This document shows positions 8,667-17,410 of a stretch of 60,928 bases of DNA, piece by piece; position 1 is the stretch's first letter; the number at the start of each line of letters is the position of its first letter. Position numbers and translations under genes: made by a program. Source of the stretch: a virus. Its lineage: Duplodnaviria > Caudoviricetes. The notes beneath the pieces were generated by a model. That model was not told the DNA's origin. It saw only the letters and a list, made by a program, of their open reading frames with translations, and did no database searches. The stretch spans positions 1 to 60,928 of IMG/VR virus record IMGVR_UViG_3300032315_000554; one strand, given 5' to 3'.

Positions 8667-9313
8667 TGATCCCGGCATTCACCAAGGTCAACAAGTACGT
8701 CTTTGATGACAAGGCGTACTCATGGTCGCTGCCGTCCGGGACCACATGCCCCGGCGCCGAGAAGTGTCTGGCTATAGCAGACAGGCACACCGGGAAGGTC
8801 TGGAACGGTCCAAAGCAGGAGTTCCGTTGCTACTCAGCGGTATACGAACGGTACCCGAGCGTACGCAATCGACTATGGTGCAACTTCGATGCCATCAAGG
8901 GCAAGACGCCTCATCAGGTCTGCTCGATCTTAGACCGTGCGAAGCCCCGGAAGATGGAACGGTGCCGCATCCACACTGCCGGGGACTTCTTCTCGCAGAC
9001 CTACTTCGACGGTTGGCTGCTCTTCGTCGAGGCCAACCCTGACATACACTTTTGGGCATTCACCAAGTCGCTTCCCTTTTGGGTCGCACGGCTTGGTCAG
9101 ATCCCCAAGAACCTGAACCTGCAGGCGTCCTGCGGGGGCCGACACGATCACCTGATCGCAATACATAACCTGAAGTTTGCCAAAGTAGTGTGGAGCGAGG
9201 ACACCGCTCAGCGGCTCGGGCTAGTCATCGACACCGATGACTACCTCGCCGCTTACGGTTCCAAACCCTTCGCGCTCTTGGAAAACTTCTCCAATAAGAA
9301 AACCAAAGTATGA
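8666..9313 (+). CDS. Gp88-like protein (radical-SAM-related fold)
   Basis: SLPSGTTCPGA..C...CY, RIHTAGDFFS and FWAFTK motifs. Confidence 0.8.
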   Translation: MIPAFTKVNKYVFDDKAYSWSLPSGTTCPGAEKCLAIADRHTGKVWNGPKQEFRCYSAVYERYPSVRNRLWCNFDAIKGKTPHQVCSILDRAKPRKMERCRIHTAGDFFSQTYFDGWLLFVEANPDIHFWAFTKSLPFWVARLGQIPKNLNLQASCGGRHDHLIAIHNLKFAKVVWSEDTAQRLGLVIDTDDYLAAYGSKPFALLENFSNKKTKV

Positions 9314-9447
9314 GTCTGTACGAGAACATCAATAAACGTAAGAAAGCCGGGACATCGCGCCCGAAGTCCAAATCAACCATCGCTCCCAAAACCTTCGCCA
9401 AGATGAAGGCTAAGCGCGGCGGCTTCGCTGCCAAGAAAGGAAAGTAA
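9310..9447 (+). CDS. Small very basic protein (45 aa, not in ORF track)
   Basis: MSLYENINKRKKAGTSRPKSKSTIAPKTFAKMKAKRGGFAAKKGK; ATGA and TAATG overlaps on both sides. Confidence 0.8.
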   Translation: MSLYENINKRKKAGTSRPKSKSTIAPKTFAKMKAKRGGFAAKKGK

Positions 9448-9758
9448 TGGGACGCCCACCGAAACCGACACGCCTTCAGTTTGGCGTCAGGACCGCGAAG
9501 CGTAGGGCGCAGCCCAACGAGTTCAACGTCACGTTGAAGATGGAGCATCAGCAATGCATCGCGTGGTACGAGTACATCCACAGCGAACTTGTCAAGATCG
9601 CAAAGGTGCTCGAAACTCAAGCGTATCCTCCGGGATGCGTGATCGGCGCCGAGCAGTCACACAAGCTCGACGCTCCCCGCGAGATTGAGTCGGTAAAGTC
9701 CGTCTTGGATTATACCAGTGCTCCCACTGAACCCACAACCACCACAACAGAAGTCTAA
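9447..9758 (+). CDS. Hypothetical protein (103 aa)
   Basis: Coupled ORF. Confidence 0.7.
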   Translation: MGRPPKPTRLQFGVRTAKRRAQPNEFNVTLKMEHQQCIAWYEYIHSELVKIAKVLETQAYPPGCVIGAEQSHKLDAPREIESVKSVLDYTSAPTEPTTTTTEV

Positions 9759-9763
9759 ATCAT

Positions 9764-10288
9764 ATGGCAAAAGAAACTCAGTACGTTGACGCAGAGGGCA
9801 AGTTCGTCTGCACAGTGAAACGCCCCGGCAACGGTTGGCTCGACGAGACCAAGTCAGGCACCCCGTTTGTCCGTATCCCGTGCATCGTAAGCGAGCCGGG
9901 CGACCAAGAGGGCAAAGAGATCGTCTGGCGCGGCTACCTCAGCGAGAAAGCCAAGCCCCGGACTGTCGAGACGCTGATCCAAGCATTCGACTGGGACGGC
10001 AACTGGAACGACCTCAACTTCGACGGCATTCAGTGCATGATCGTGACCGAGGCGGAGGAGTACAACGGTGAGACTCGCATCAAGGCGAGATGGCTCAACC
10101 GTCTCAGCAACAAAGCAGCGGACGAGGTAGCCGCTCGTATCGCGGCCCGAATGATCGCCGAGGACGAGGGCAAGCCTGTGCCTGAGGACACGTCCAAGGC
10201 CAAGGCTGAAGCCGCCAAGGCCAAGGCTATGGGATCCAAGCCGTCCGAGAAGGAAGAGGAACTGGAAGACGATGACATTCCATTCTGA
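9764..10288 (+). CDS. Phage single-stranded DNA-binding protein (DUF669-like)
   Basis: Beta-rich core, ETKSGTP motif and acidic tail ending EDDDIPF. Confidence 0.8.
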   Translation: MAKETQYVDAEGKFVCTVKRPGNGWLDETKSGTPFVRIPCIVSEPGDQEGKEIVWRGYLSEKAKPRTVETLIQAFDWDGNWNDLNFDGIQCMIVTEAEEYNGETRIKARWLNRLSNKAADEVAARIAARMIAEDEGKPVPEDTSKAKAEAAKAKAMGSKPSEKEEELEDDDIPF

Positions 10289-10294
10289 CGCTGG

Positions 10295-10774
10295 ATGACA
10301 ATCGTCCTCACCAAGACGGAGTTCTCGGCGGCAGTCGATGGAGCAAACAAACGCTTCATCACTGCCGCCACAGGACGGTGGGCGGGGCACCGTGACCCCG
10401 AGCAGACCGAGATAAAGCGCATGACAAACGACATCATCGCCGTCATGGCGGAGATCGCTGTCGCCAAGGCGCTCGGAGTCTTCTTCGTTCCTACGTTCAA
10501 CACGTTTCACAAGCAGCCTGATATCGAGCCGGATATCGAGGTAAGATCAACCCCCGAGGAGGACAATAGCCTGTTGATCCGGGACAACGATGACCTCGAC
10601 AGAAAGTTCGTACTCGTCATCGTCAGCGACCTCTCCTGCCGCATCGCAGGTTGGTGCTACGGGTACGAACGTGACGATCTAGGACGCATCAGAAACCCTA
10701 ACGGTATGGGCGCTGCACACTTCGTTCCGCAATTTAACTTACGACCGTTCGACGAGCTTCTTTTCGGATTTTAA
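10295..10774 (+). CDS. PD-(D/E)XK-fold nuclease-like protein
   Basis: AEIAVAK...PDI..DIEVRS motif. Confidence 0.7.
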   Translation: MTIVLTKTEFSAAVDGANKRFITAATGRWAGHRDPEQTEIKRMTNDIIAVMAEIAVAKALGVFFVPTFNTFHKQPDIEPDIEVRSTPEEDNSLLIRDNDDLDRKFVLVIVSDLSCRIAGWCYGYERDDLGRIRNPNGMGAAHFVPQFNLRPFDELLFGF

Positions 10775-10845
10775 CCAATGGTGGAGGTGCTCAAAGGCTT
10801 TGCCGGGGAGACCCGGACTCCACCCACCCACTTTTATCTATATCT

Positions 10846-10986
10846 ATGCACAACCAACTAGAAACCCTACCTGACGAGGCGCCCGACAACGAGACGCCCA
10901 CCAACGACCTCTGCCTCCACGGCAAGCCGATCAACCAATGCAACCCCTGCGACTACGCAGCACAACTCTCATTCGATGGCAACTAA
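10846..10986 (+). CDS. Small acidic protein with CxH...CxxC (46 aa, not in ORF track)
   Basis: MHNQLETLPDEAPDNETPTNDLCLHGKPINQCNPCDYAAQLSFDGN. Confidence 0.6.
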   Translation: MHNQLETLPDEAPDNETPTNDLCLHGKPINQCNPCDYAAQLSFDGN

Positions 10987-11499
10987 ACCTAAGCGCAAGA
11001 TATCTAAGCCGTTCAAACCGGACGAACTGACATGGTGCGAACTCGACGTGATCGGCACCTTCCTCGTCGAGCGTAAAGACCTGTTCCGGGACCATATCAA
11101 ACAATTCGGTTACAGCGAATACGAGGCTTTGATCATGCAACGCGACATCGCAAACAGGATCTGGAACAAGATGCTAAACATCGACCCAAAGACCTTCAGC
11201 AAACCCCTGTTCCGACACCTATTAGCGTCCATGACCGCATCAAAGCCGTCCTCAGTGACGATGAGACCGTCCAACTCGCCACCGGACTCGAAGACGCCTT
11301 CATTGGTATCGGGCGCCAGTTCAACACGCCCATCGCCATTTACTCACGCTCCAAAGCTATACAGTGCTTTATTGACCAAGGAATGACCGAGGAAGAAGCC
11401 GAGGAGTACTTCGAGTTCAACACTGCTGGCGCATGGATCGGCAGTCAGACCCCCATCTTCATGGAGGACGAACCTTCTCACCACAATGACCAAAGATGA
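10976..11499 (+). CDS. Hypothetical protein with candidate -1 frameshift; the -1 frame (stop at 11499) encodes a conserved-looking phage domain
   Basis: Frame-0 ORF 10976..11386; the -1 frame reads GLEDAFIGIG...GMTEEEAEEYFEFNTAGAWIGSQTPIF with no ATG/GTG/TTG upstream of the domain; slippery C CCA AAG at 11185-11191. Confidence 0.65.
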
Positions 11500-11872
11500 C
11501 ATACTCAAGCTCGGCTTCGTCGAACAGCCCGATGGATCCTTCTCAAAGGTTCCAGCGACCGTTCACAATTCAAATCAATCTCGGCCCGTACCTAACCCCG
11601 TCTCTCAACACTCTCCTCAACAAGCACTGGTCGCACTTGCACAAGGAAAAGGCAAAGGCGGCAGACGCATTACGGTCAGCATTAATCGCCGATCCACTCG
11701 TACGCTCGATCTGGACAACTTTGCTGGAGGCTGCAAACCTCTCATCGACCAACTTCGCTACGCACAACTCATCCCGGACGATGACCCGGCGTCAGTCGAG
11801 ATCATCTTCACGCAAGAAAAAGTCGCGCACCAAAACCAGCAAGGAACGTCCGTCAAGATAGTCTACCACTAA
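11486..11872 (+). CDS. RusA-like Holliday junction resolvase
   Basis: DLDN...KPLIDQL....IPDDD catalytic pattern. Confidence 0.8.
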   Translation: MTKDDILKLGFVEQPDGSFSKVPATVHNSNQSRPVPNPVSQHSPQQALVALAQGKGKGGRRITVSINRRSTRTLDLDNFAGGCKPLIDQLRYAQLIPDDDPASVEIIFTQEKVAHQNQQGTSVKIVYH

Positions 11873-11976
11873 TCATTCTCTCCTCATCTCGCCTCGCCTC
11901 ATCTCTCATCTCTGCTCGTCGCTTGCTCCGATTTTAACGTGGTGCTTTACTCTGTCAATATTATAGTCACAACTCC

Positions 11977-12459
11977 ATGAATCCCAACGCTCCAAAAGTC
12001 GGGCGACCTTCCTCATTCACTCAGCAACTCGCTGATGAAATATGTGAGCGTATCGCACTCGGTGAAACACTTCGTTCTATATGCTTGGATAATCACATCC
12101 CTGACAGAATCACCGTTCTCCGATGGCTAAAGAAGCATAACGATTTCCGCAACCAATACACGCAGGCGCGACTCGACCAAGCCGACACCTTCGCCGAAGA
12201 GATCATCGATATCGGTCGCACTGCAGGAGACGCTCAACTCGGTCGCCTTCAGATGGACGCACTCAAATGGGCGTCCTCGAAGATCGCTCCGAAGAAGTAC
12301 GGTGAGAAAGTCGAGCATGAAGTCAACGGATCTCAGAAGCTGAACCTGACGTTCACCATTGGCGGACGTGACGATACTGTGGACGGGGACTTTACCCTGA
12401 TGGACTCGAAGCCTGTTCCTGCTCTAGAATCCCCGGAGAACGATCATGCTGAGCCTTAA
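11977..12459 (+). CDS. terS: Terminase small subunit (Sf6-like)
   Basis: GRPSSFTQQLADEICERIALGETLRSIC...KWASSKIAPKKYG. Confidence 0.92.
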   Translation: MNPNAPKVGRPSSFTQQLADEICERIALGETLRSICLDNHIPDRITVLRWLKKHNDFRNQYTQARLDQADTFAEEIIDIGRTAGDAQLGRLQMDALKWASSKIAPKKYGEKVEHEVNGSQKLNLTFTIGGRDDTVDGDFTLMDSKPVPALESPENDHAEP

Positions 12460-12673
12460 ACGCATCGATGGACATATCGAGATCCACACTGATTTCGGTA
12501 TCGTCGGACCTCGCCTCGAACGAGGATCACCGTTCCCGAAGTTCCGGGACCGCTATCCTGACACCGCTGACGGCGAAGCTGAGGCAATGTTTGACATGGC
12601 GAAGATCGTCGAGTACATCGATCTGCATAACGACAAGAAACACAGCAGGTTGTACCGAAAGCGCCGTCCATAA
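12446..12673 (+). CDS. Hypothetical protein (75 aa)
   Basis: Overlaps the terS stop; plausible composition. Confidence 0.65.
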   Translation: MLSLKRIDGHIEIHTDFGIVGPRLERGSPFPKFRDRYPDTADGEAEAMFDMAKIVEYIDLHNDKKHSRLYRKRRP

Positions 12674-12757
12674 CACGATATAAGACCCATCATGTATAAT
12701 GGCTTGGAGCGTTCTATCATATTTCCAGCTATCACATAACACTGAAGATCAACACTT

Positions 12758-12863
12758 TGCTACGCTCGGGACCGATTCAACCGTTAATTGGACAGCTTCG
12801 TGGGGGAGTTGTCCGCGCCAACTAGTTGACCCCCGAGCGTAGCACCCCCCCTCCCCCCCTCCC
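12758..12863. other. Long inverted-repeat structure plus poly-C tract
   Basis: TGCTACGCTCGGG (12758-12770) pairs with CCCGAGCGTAGCA (12832-12844), with inner stems; C-runs at 12845-12863. Confidence 0.65.
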
Positions 12864-13268
12864 ATGCTCTCTTGGCACCAGTACGCACTCAGCATCGCTC
12901 AGGCGGTCTCCCGGAAGAGCAAAGACCCTTGGCAGCAGGTCGGCGCCTGTATCCTCCGCCATGACAACTCAGTGGCGTCTGTCGGCTACAATGGCTTCCC
13001 GGCAGGCATGCCAGAGGACTGGAGCGACCGGGACGGTAGGAGGCGCTTCGTGGTGCATGCCGAGGCCAATGCGCTTCGCTACGTTCAGCCCGGAGACGCA
13101 TGGCTCCTCGCAAGCACACTGCTCCCCTGCAACGACTGTCTGCGCCTCATAGCGTCCTACCGCATCAGGACCATCGTGTACGGAGACACCTATGCGCTCG
13201 ACAACTCTACGCATGAACTAGCGTCAGCCTTCGACATAGAACTGATCCACATGCCACACTTCAAATGA
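12864..13268 (+). CDS. dCMP deaminase
   Basis: SKDP...VGACI...GYNGFP, HAEANA and PCNDC zinc motifs. Confidence 0.95.
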   Translation: MLSWHQYALSIAQAVSRKSKDPWQQVGACILRHDNSVASVGYNGFPAGMPEDWSDRDGRRRFVVHAEANALRYVQPGDAWLLASTLLPCNDCLRLIASYRIRTIVYGDTYALDNSTHELASAFDIELIHMPHFK

Positions 13269-13540
13269 TTGACCCCCCTAGCATCAGCAGAATGGCGCTG
13301 AGCTTCTTCAAGTCAGCAGCGGTCTTCGTAGCTGCAGGGATGCCCCGTGCAAGCGTCGAGGAGATCGAGCAGCGTCTAGGCATATGCAACGCATGCCCGA
13401 GCTTCGACAAGGACGGGTACGGAGGCTCAGGGCAGTGCCGGGTATGCGGCTGCAACATGGAGATCAAGACCGTCATGGCTACCGAGGCTTGCCCGGAAGG
13501 CAAGTGGCAGAAGATCAACCCCGAGAAGGAGGACAAATGA
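13265..13540 (+). CDS. Cys-rich small protein (DUF6171-like)
   Basis: RLGICNACP...CRVCGC...CPEGKW. Confidence 0.75.
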   Translation: MIDPPSISRMALSFFKSAAVFVAAGMPRASVEEIEQRLGICNACPSFDKDGYGGSGQCRVCGCNMEIKTVMATEACPEGKWQKINPEKEDK

Positions 13541-13725
13541 CAGACGCGATTAAAGCAGCAATTGCGCTGCATGACTTCATAAGGTCGAACGCAGGCGAGA
13601 ACGCTGATTGGCCCATACAGATTACATCGTCAGAAGCTGGTGCGCTTGAAAGGCTCGACATGTTATTGAGAGACTTCAAGAATGCTGTTAAAGCAGTTGA
13701 AAAAAACGAGGGGGTAGCCACATGA
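13537..13725 (+). CDS. Hypothetical protein (62 aa)
   Basis: ATGA overlap; GGAGG upstream. Confidence 0.65.
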   Translation: MTDAIKAAIALHDFIRSNAGENADWPIQITSSEAGALERLDMLLRDFKNAVKAVEKNEGVAT

Positions 13726-13913
13726 AACGAAGCAGACTGATCACAAATCGCGCAACGGACGGGCTGGGCGACATGATTGTCCTGACCATTACGGTGCTCG
13801 CGGGAGCCATTCTCTTCGCCTTGCTAGGCAGCATGCTTGACGGGATGAGGGCGGAGCACCCTGAGCCAGACCTGAGCCTATGTCCATTCTGCGATCAGCC
13901 TGTGCAGTACTAG
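13722..13913 (+). CDS. Small membrane protein with C-terminal CxxC
   Basis: One TM segment; CPFC; ATGA overlap. Confidence 0.65.
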   Translation: MKRSRLITNRATDGLGDMIVLTITVLAGAILFALLGSMLDGMRAEHPEPDLSLCPFCDQPVQY

Positions 13914-14002
13914 CACTGCTGACAGCGGGATGCTCCAGCACCGAGGTGGCGTACGACCATGAGACAAAGATGCTATGGGTGGGACTGAAGAAAACATTCT
14001 GA
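13880..14002 (+). CDS. Small lipoprotein (40 aa, not in ORF track)
   Basis: MSILRSACAVLALLTAG|CSSTEVAYDHETKMLWVGLKKTF; lipobox LTAGC. Confidence 0.65.
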   Translation: MSILRSACAVLALLTAGCSSTEVAYDHETKMLWVGLKKTF

Positions 14003-14071
14003 GGGAGTTTGCGGCTAGAGTGGAACTTGACGCAGAGACGTGCGAAGCTCTGGTGCAGAAGCGATGCTATT

Positions 14072-14401
14072 ATGAGATCAAAGAACAACACTGGTACCAA
14101 GAAACAGAAGGCAAAGATCAATGAGGACGGCGAGACGTTCTTCAAGGTGATGCTGGTGCCCGAGTTTGAGTCGGCGATGCTTGGCATAGCCAGACACAAC
14201 GGGAACATGGTGGCAGTGTACGACATGAACGCCTGCATCGATATCATGGTTGCGGACGGCATGAAGCCGGGGTGCGCTGTGAGATACCTGACGAGCAAGA
14301 TCGACAACGAGTACAACGAGGACCACTGTCCTGCGTTTGTAGTGACGTACTCGGACAAGAATGCCACGAAGATGGGCCTGACGCTAAACGGGAAGAACTA
14401 G
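14072..14401 (+). CDS. Hypothetical protein, divergent paralog of the 11221-11499 domain
   Basis: FESAMLGIA...VAVYDMNACIDIMVADGM...A..Y...PAFV. Confidence 0.7.
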   Translation: MRSKNNTGTKKQKAKINEDGETFFKVMLVPEFESAMLGIARHNGNMVAVYDMNACIDIMVADGMKPGCAVRYLTSKIDNEYNEDHCPAFVVTYSDKNATKMGLTLNGKN

Positions 14402-14469
14402 AAAATTATCTTTAGGAACCCACAAGATTAACTTGTAAGAATCCAATCGGCATATAAATTTCTTAGATT

Positions 14470-14943
14470 ATGGCAAACATCGATATTCAGAGTAATCTTT
14501 CTACAGCAAAGTTCAGGCAGTCTGTTTTGCAGGAACTTGTGAGCGGTCTCACTATTAGTGGCTCAACGACTCCGATTCCCGTTACGTTGCGAACGGATTC
14601 TAGCGGGTATAAGCTATTCCATAAAGCGCAGTCTGCAGCATCTACAAATGCTACAGTTGTTAAATCAGCGCCTGCTTCAATTGGGTTACTCTCGATGTTT
14701 CATGCTAGTGGTTCAGGTGGCAGTAAGTTTGTAAAAATCTACAACAAGGCAACAACTCCAACAGCTTCAGACGTTCCAATTTTCACGTTTGTGATTCGCC
14801 CAAATGAAACTATTAACATCGTTCCTGCCATTCCTTTCTTTTTTGACCAAGGTTTGTCATATCGCATGACGGCTAACTATGCAGACTCAGATAATACGGG
14901 TGTAGCTGCAGGCGAGCTTGCGATTAATGTGGCTTATGCTTGA
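14470..14943 (+). CDS. Probable virion decoration/beta-sandwich protein
   Basis: AASTNATVVKSAP...KIYNKATTPT motif; more AT-rich than flanks; N-terminal helix resembles the head-fibre N-terminus. Confidence 0.7.
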   Translation: MANIDIQSNLSTAKFRQSVLQELVSGLTISGSTTPIPVTLRTDSSGYKLFHKAQSAASTNATVVKSAPASIGLLSMFHASGSGGSKFVKIYNKATTPTASDVPIFTFVIRPNETINIVPAIPFFFDQGLSYRMTANYADSDNTGVAAGELAINVAYA

Positions 14944-16814
14944 TGGAGATAACTAAGTCAGTAGAGAACGCGATTCGTCTGGCGTCGAGGATCAGGCAGG
15001 AGGCCGAGCGGAGCGACGAGGATGGCGTGGTCTATGCAGCGGCTTACATCATGCAGCATGCGTCGAAGCCGTCTGGCAAGCAGACGGTGACGCTCGACGA
15101 GAAGGAGGCGAGGGCGATTGTGCTGCAGTTTGTTCAGCACCTGTTGGACAAGGACCAGTTCGAGGCGGCGGCTACGATTCTTTGGGGCGAGCAGGTGTAC
15201 GACTGGAGGCCGAGCAGCGCACGGGACGCATGGCGGTGCCTGTTCGAGAACGACAAGCTACTTATTCAGGGGGCGGGAGCGATGGGAAAGACGTTCAATG
15301 CGGCGGCATGGTTCCTCTTGGACTGGATGCGAGACCCGTACTACACCTGCATCAAAGTGGTCTCGCTGACCGAGGCGCATGCTCAGCGCAACGTGTTTGC
15401 TGCCATTAAGAACTTTTATAGGACAGCACTGGTGAAGCCCGAGTACGAGGGGGGCGAGGAGTTGGTGAAGTCGATTCAGGCGAACGACGATGACAAGAAC
15501 GGGATCCACTTGGTGGCGGTGCCGAAGGGAGACAGCGGAACGGGAACGCTGCGCGGCTTTCACCCGGCGCCGAGGGCAGGCAAGCCGCACCCGAGGTGGG
15601 GAGTGATGAGCAGGACGCATGTGGTGCTCGACGAGGCGGAGGAGGTGCCAGCAGGCGTCTGGGAAGGCTTGCAGAACATCCTGTCGGCGGCGGACACCGA
15701 GGGCGCAAAAGGTCGCATTAAGATTTTCGGAGCGTCGAACCCGAAGGACAGGACGAGTGAATTCGGGAAGCGGTGCGAGCCTGAGCGTGGGTGGCCGAGC
15801 GTGGACTGCGAAGATGACTTTGAGTGGGACAGCAGGGAGGGGTGGCATGTGCTGAGGCTGGATGCGGCGAGGTGCGAGAACGTGACCGAGAAGAAGATTA
15901 TCTTCCCCGGCTTCCAGACGTACGAGGGGTACATGGCGTACGAGGCCAAGGGCAAGACGGCAGAATATTACACGATGGCTCGGGGATTCTTTCCTCAGGA
16001 AGGCATCAGCATGGCGATTATCACGCCAGCGATGATGGACAACTCGGTGGGCATCGCACGGTTCATTGGCCCGGTGGTCCCGCTCGCGGCTTTCGATCTG
16101 GCGCTGGAGGGCAACGATCAGGTGCTGTGCAGCTACGGTCGCTACGGTCTGTCGGACGGATGGACGCCGAGGAGCGGGAAGTTCATCCAGTTCAAAACGC
16201 CGAGGACGGTGTTGCAGTTGGACAGTCAGATATCTTTTCCAAAGAAGCCTACGCTGGAGCAGACGCAAGCGATCATAAGGTTCTGCAAACAGATGCGTAT
16301 TGCACCAAATTGGTTGTGCGTGGACAGGACGGGTAACGGCGCCGGGATTCACGATGCATTATGCAGTCTTTTTGGATCTGAGGTGATGGGCGTGAATTAT
16401 AGCTGGGCGGCTTCAGAGACGCATATACTTGGAGACGATAGTCAGAGGGCGAACGAGTTGTACAGTGGGGTGGTGACCGAATTGGTCTTTGGCTTGGCGA
16501 AGTATCTGGAGTTTGAGTACCTGAAGATTTCGCCCGGATTCGGCAACGACGAACTGGTTAAGCAGGCAATCGGGCGAAGGTACAAGCAGCAAGGCAAGGG
16601 ACTGGTGCGTGTCGAGAGCAAGGCTGACTATGTGAAGCGGACGAGGCAGCACAGTCCTGACTCGTTAGACTCGCTGTCTTTATTGGTATATTTGATGCGT
16701 CAACGTGCCGGGGCGGTGGCAACGATGACCGAGCCGAAGCCTGAACCCGTGTTGCGCCGGGAGAGAAACTTGGGATACATAGACAAATTAGAGTTTGTAG
16801 ATTTCAGCGAATAA
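14943..16814 (+). CDS. terL: Terminase large subunit
   Basis: Walker A GAGAMGKT; Walker B VVLDEAEE; coupling motif ASNP; nuclease FDLALEGND and SPDSLDS. Confidence 0.93.
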   Translation: MEITKSVENAIRLASRIRQEAERSDEDGVVYAAAYIMQHASKPSGKQTVTLDEKEARAIVLQFVQHLLDKDQFEAAATILWGEQVYDWRPSSARDAWRCLFENDKLLIQGAGAMGKTFNAAAWFLLDWMRDPYYTCIKVVSLTEAHAQRNVFAAIKNFYRTALVKPEYEGGEELVKSIQANDDDKNGIHLVAVPKGDSGTGTLRGFHPAPRAGKPHPRWGVMSRTHVVLDEAEEVPAGVWEGLQNILSAADTEGAKGRIKIFGASNPKDRTSEFGKRCEPERGWPSVDCEDDFEWDSREGWHVLRLDAARCENVTEKKIIFPGFQTYEGYMAYEAKGKTAEYYTMARGFFPQEGISMAIITPAMMDNSVGIARFIGPVVPLAAFDLALEGNDQVLCSYGRYGLSDGWTPRSGKFIQFKTPRTVLQLDSQISFPKKPTLEQTQAIIRFCKQMRIAPNWLCVDRTGNGAGIHDALCSLFGSEVMGVNYSWAASETHILGDDSQRANELYSGVVTELVFGLAKYLEFEYLKISPGFGNDELVKQAIGRRYKQQGKGLVRVESKADYVKRTRQHSPDSLDSLSLLVYLMRQRAGAVATMTEPKPEPVLRRERNLGYIDKLEFVDFSE

Positions 16815-16829
16815 TCTAGAAGTAACCAC

Positions 16830-17408
16830 ATGCAAGAGTCCAAAAAAGCTATGCTCAGGCGATTTTCTGACGCAAATGAGTTAGATTTTTGGAAAAACGT
16901 ATTCAGAGGCAACGGAATTGACGTGGGTTCTGGAGACGATCTCATCGCTGTGGACGGGGTTCGCGGCTTTGATGTCGATGACGGTGACGCAAACAGCCTG
17001 CACCTATACTTTGAATCGAACTTTTTTGATTACGTTCATGCCAGTCAGTGCCTTGAGCACATGCATGACCCAAAAGCGGCGTTAGAAAGTTGGCTCAAGG
17101 TTCTAAAGCCCAACGGGTATTTGGTTGTCACTGTGCCGAGTTGGGAACTGTACGAGGGAATGGTGTGGCCGAGCAGGTACAACCCTGATCACAAGATCAC
17201 CTTTAGCATGTGGCAGAAGGACACCCCCGCTCCGCACCATGTAAAATGCCCGGAGTGGCTAACAAAAAACTTCCCGCAACACACGGTTATGATGTGCCGA
17301 TTGGTGGACACAAATTACAACTACAAGGTCGGGACTAGAGTAGACCAGACCTATAAATTTGAAGACCGTGTGGAAGCGTTTATCGAGTTTGTGATACAGA
17401 AGAAGTAG
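16830..17408 (+). CDS. Class I SAM-dependent methyltransferase (Methyltransf_11-like)
   Basis: GIDVGSG, FDYVHASQCLEHM and LKPNG motifs. Confidence 0.9.
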   Translation: MQESKKAMLRRFSDANELDFWKNVFRGNGIDVGSGDDLIAVDGVRGFDVDDGDANSLHLYFESNFFDYVHASQCLEHMHDPKAALESWLKVLKPNGYLVVTVPSWELYEGMVWPSRYNPDHKITFSMWQKDTPAPHHVKCPEWLTKNFPQHTVMMCRLVDTNYNYKVGTRVDQTYKFEDRVEAFIEFVIQKK

Positions 17409-17410
17409 CT

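Noticed and set aside
15258-16352. Long minus-strand ORFs (also 26488-27600, 54045-55406, 2908-3759)
   Set aside because: They are antisense shadows of codon-biased + strand genes and carry no recognisable motifs
16830-17408. DNA methyltransferase
   Set aside because: It lacks DPPY/NPPY or PC catalytic motifs and resembles small-molecule or glycan methyltransferases
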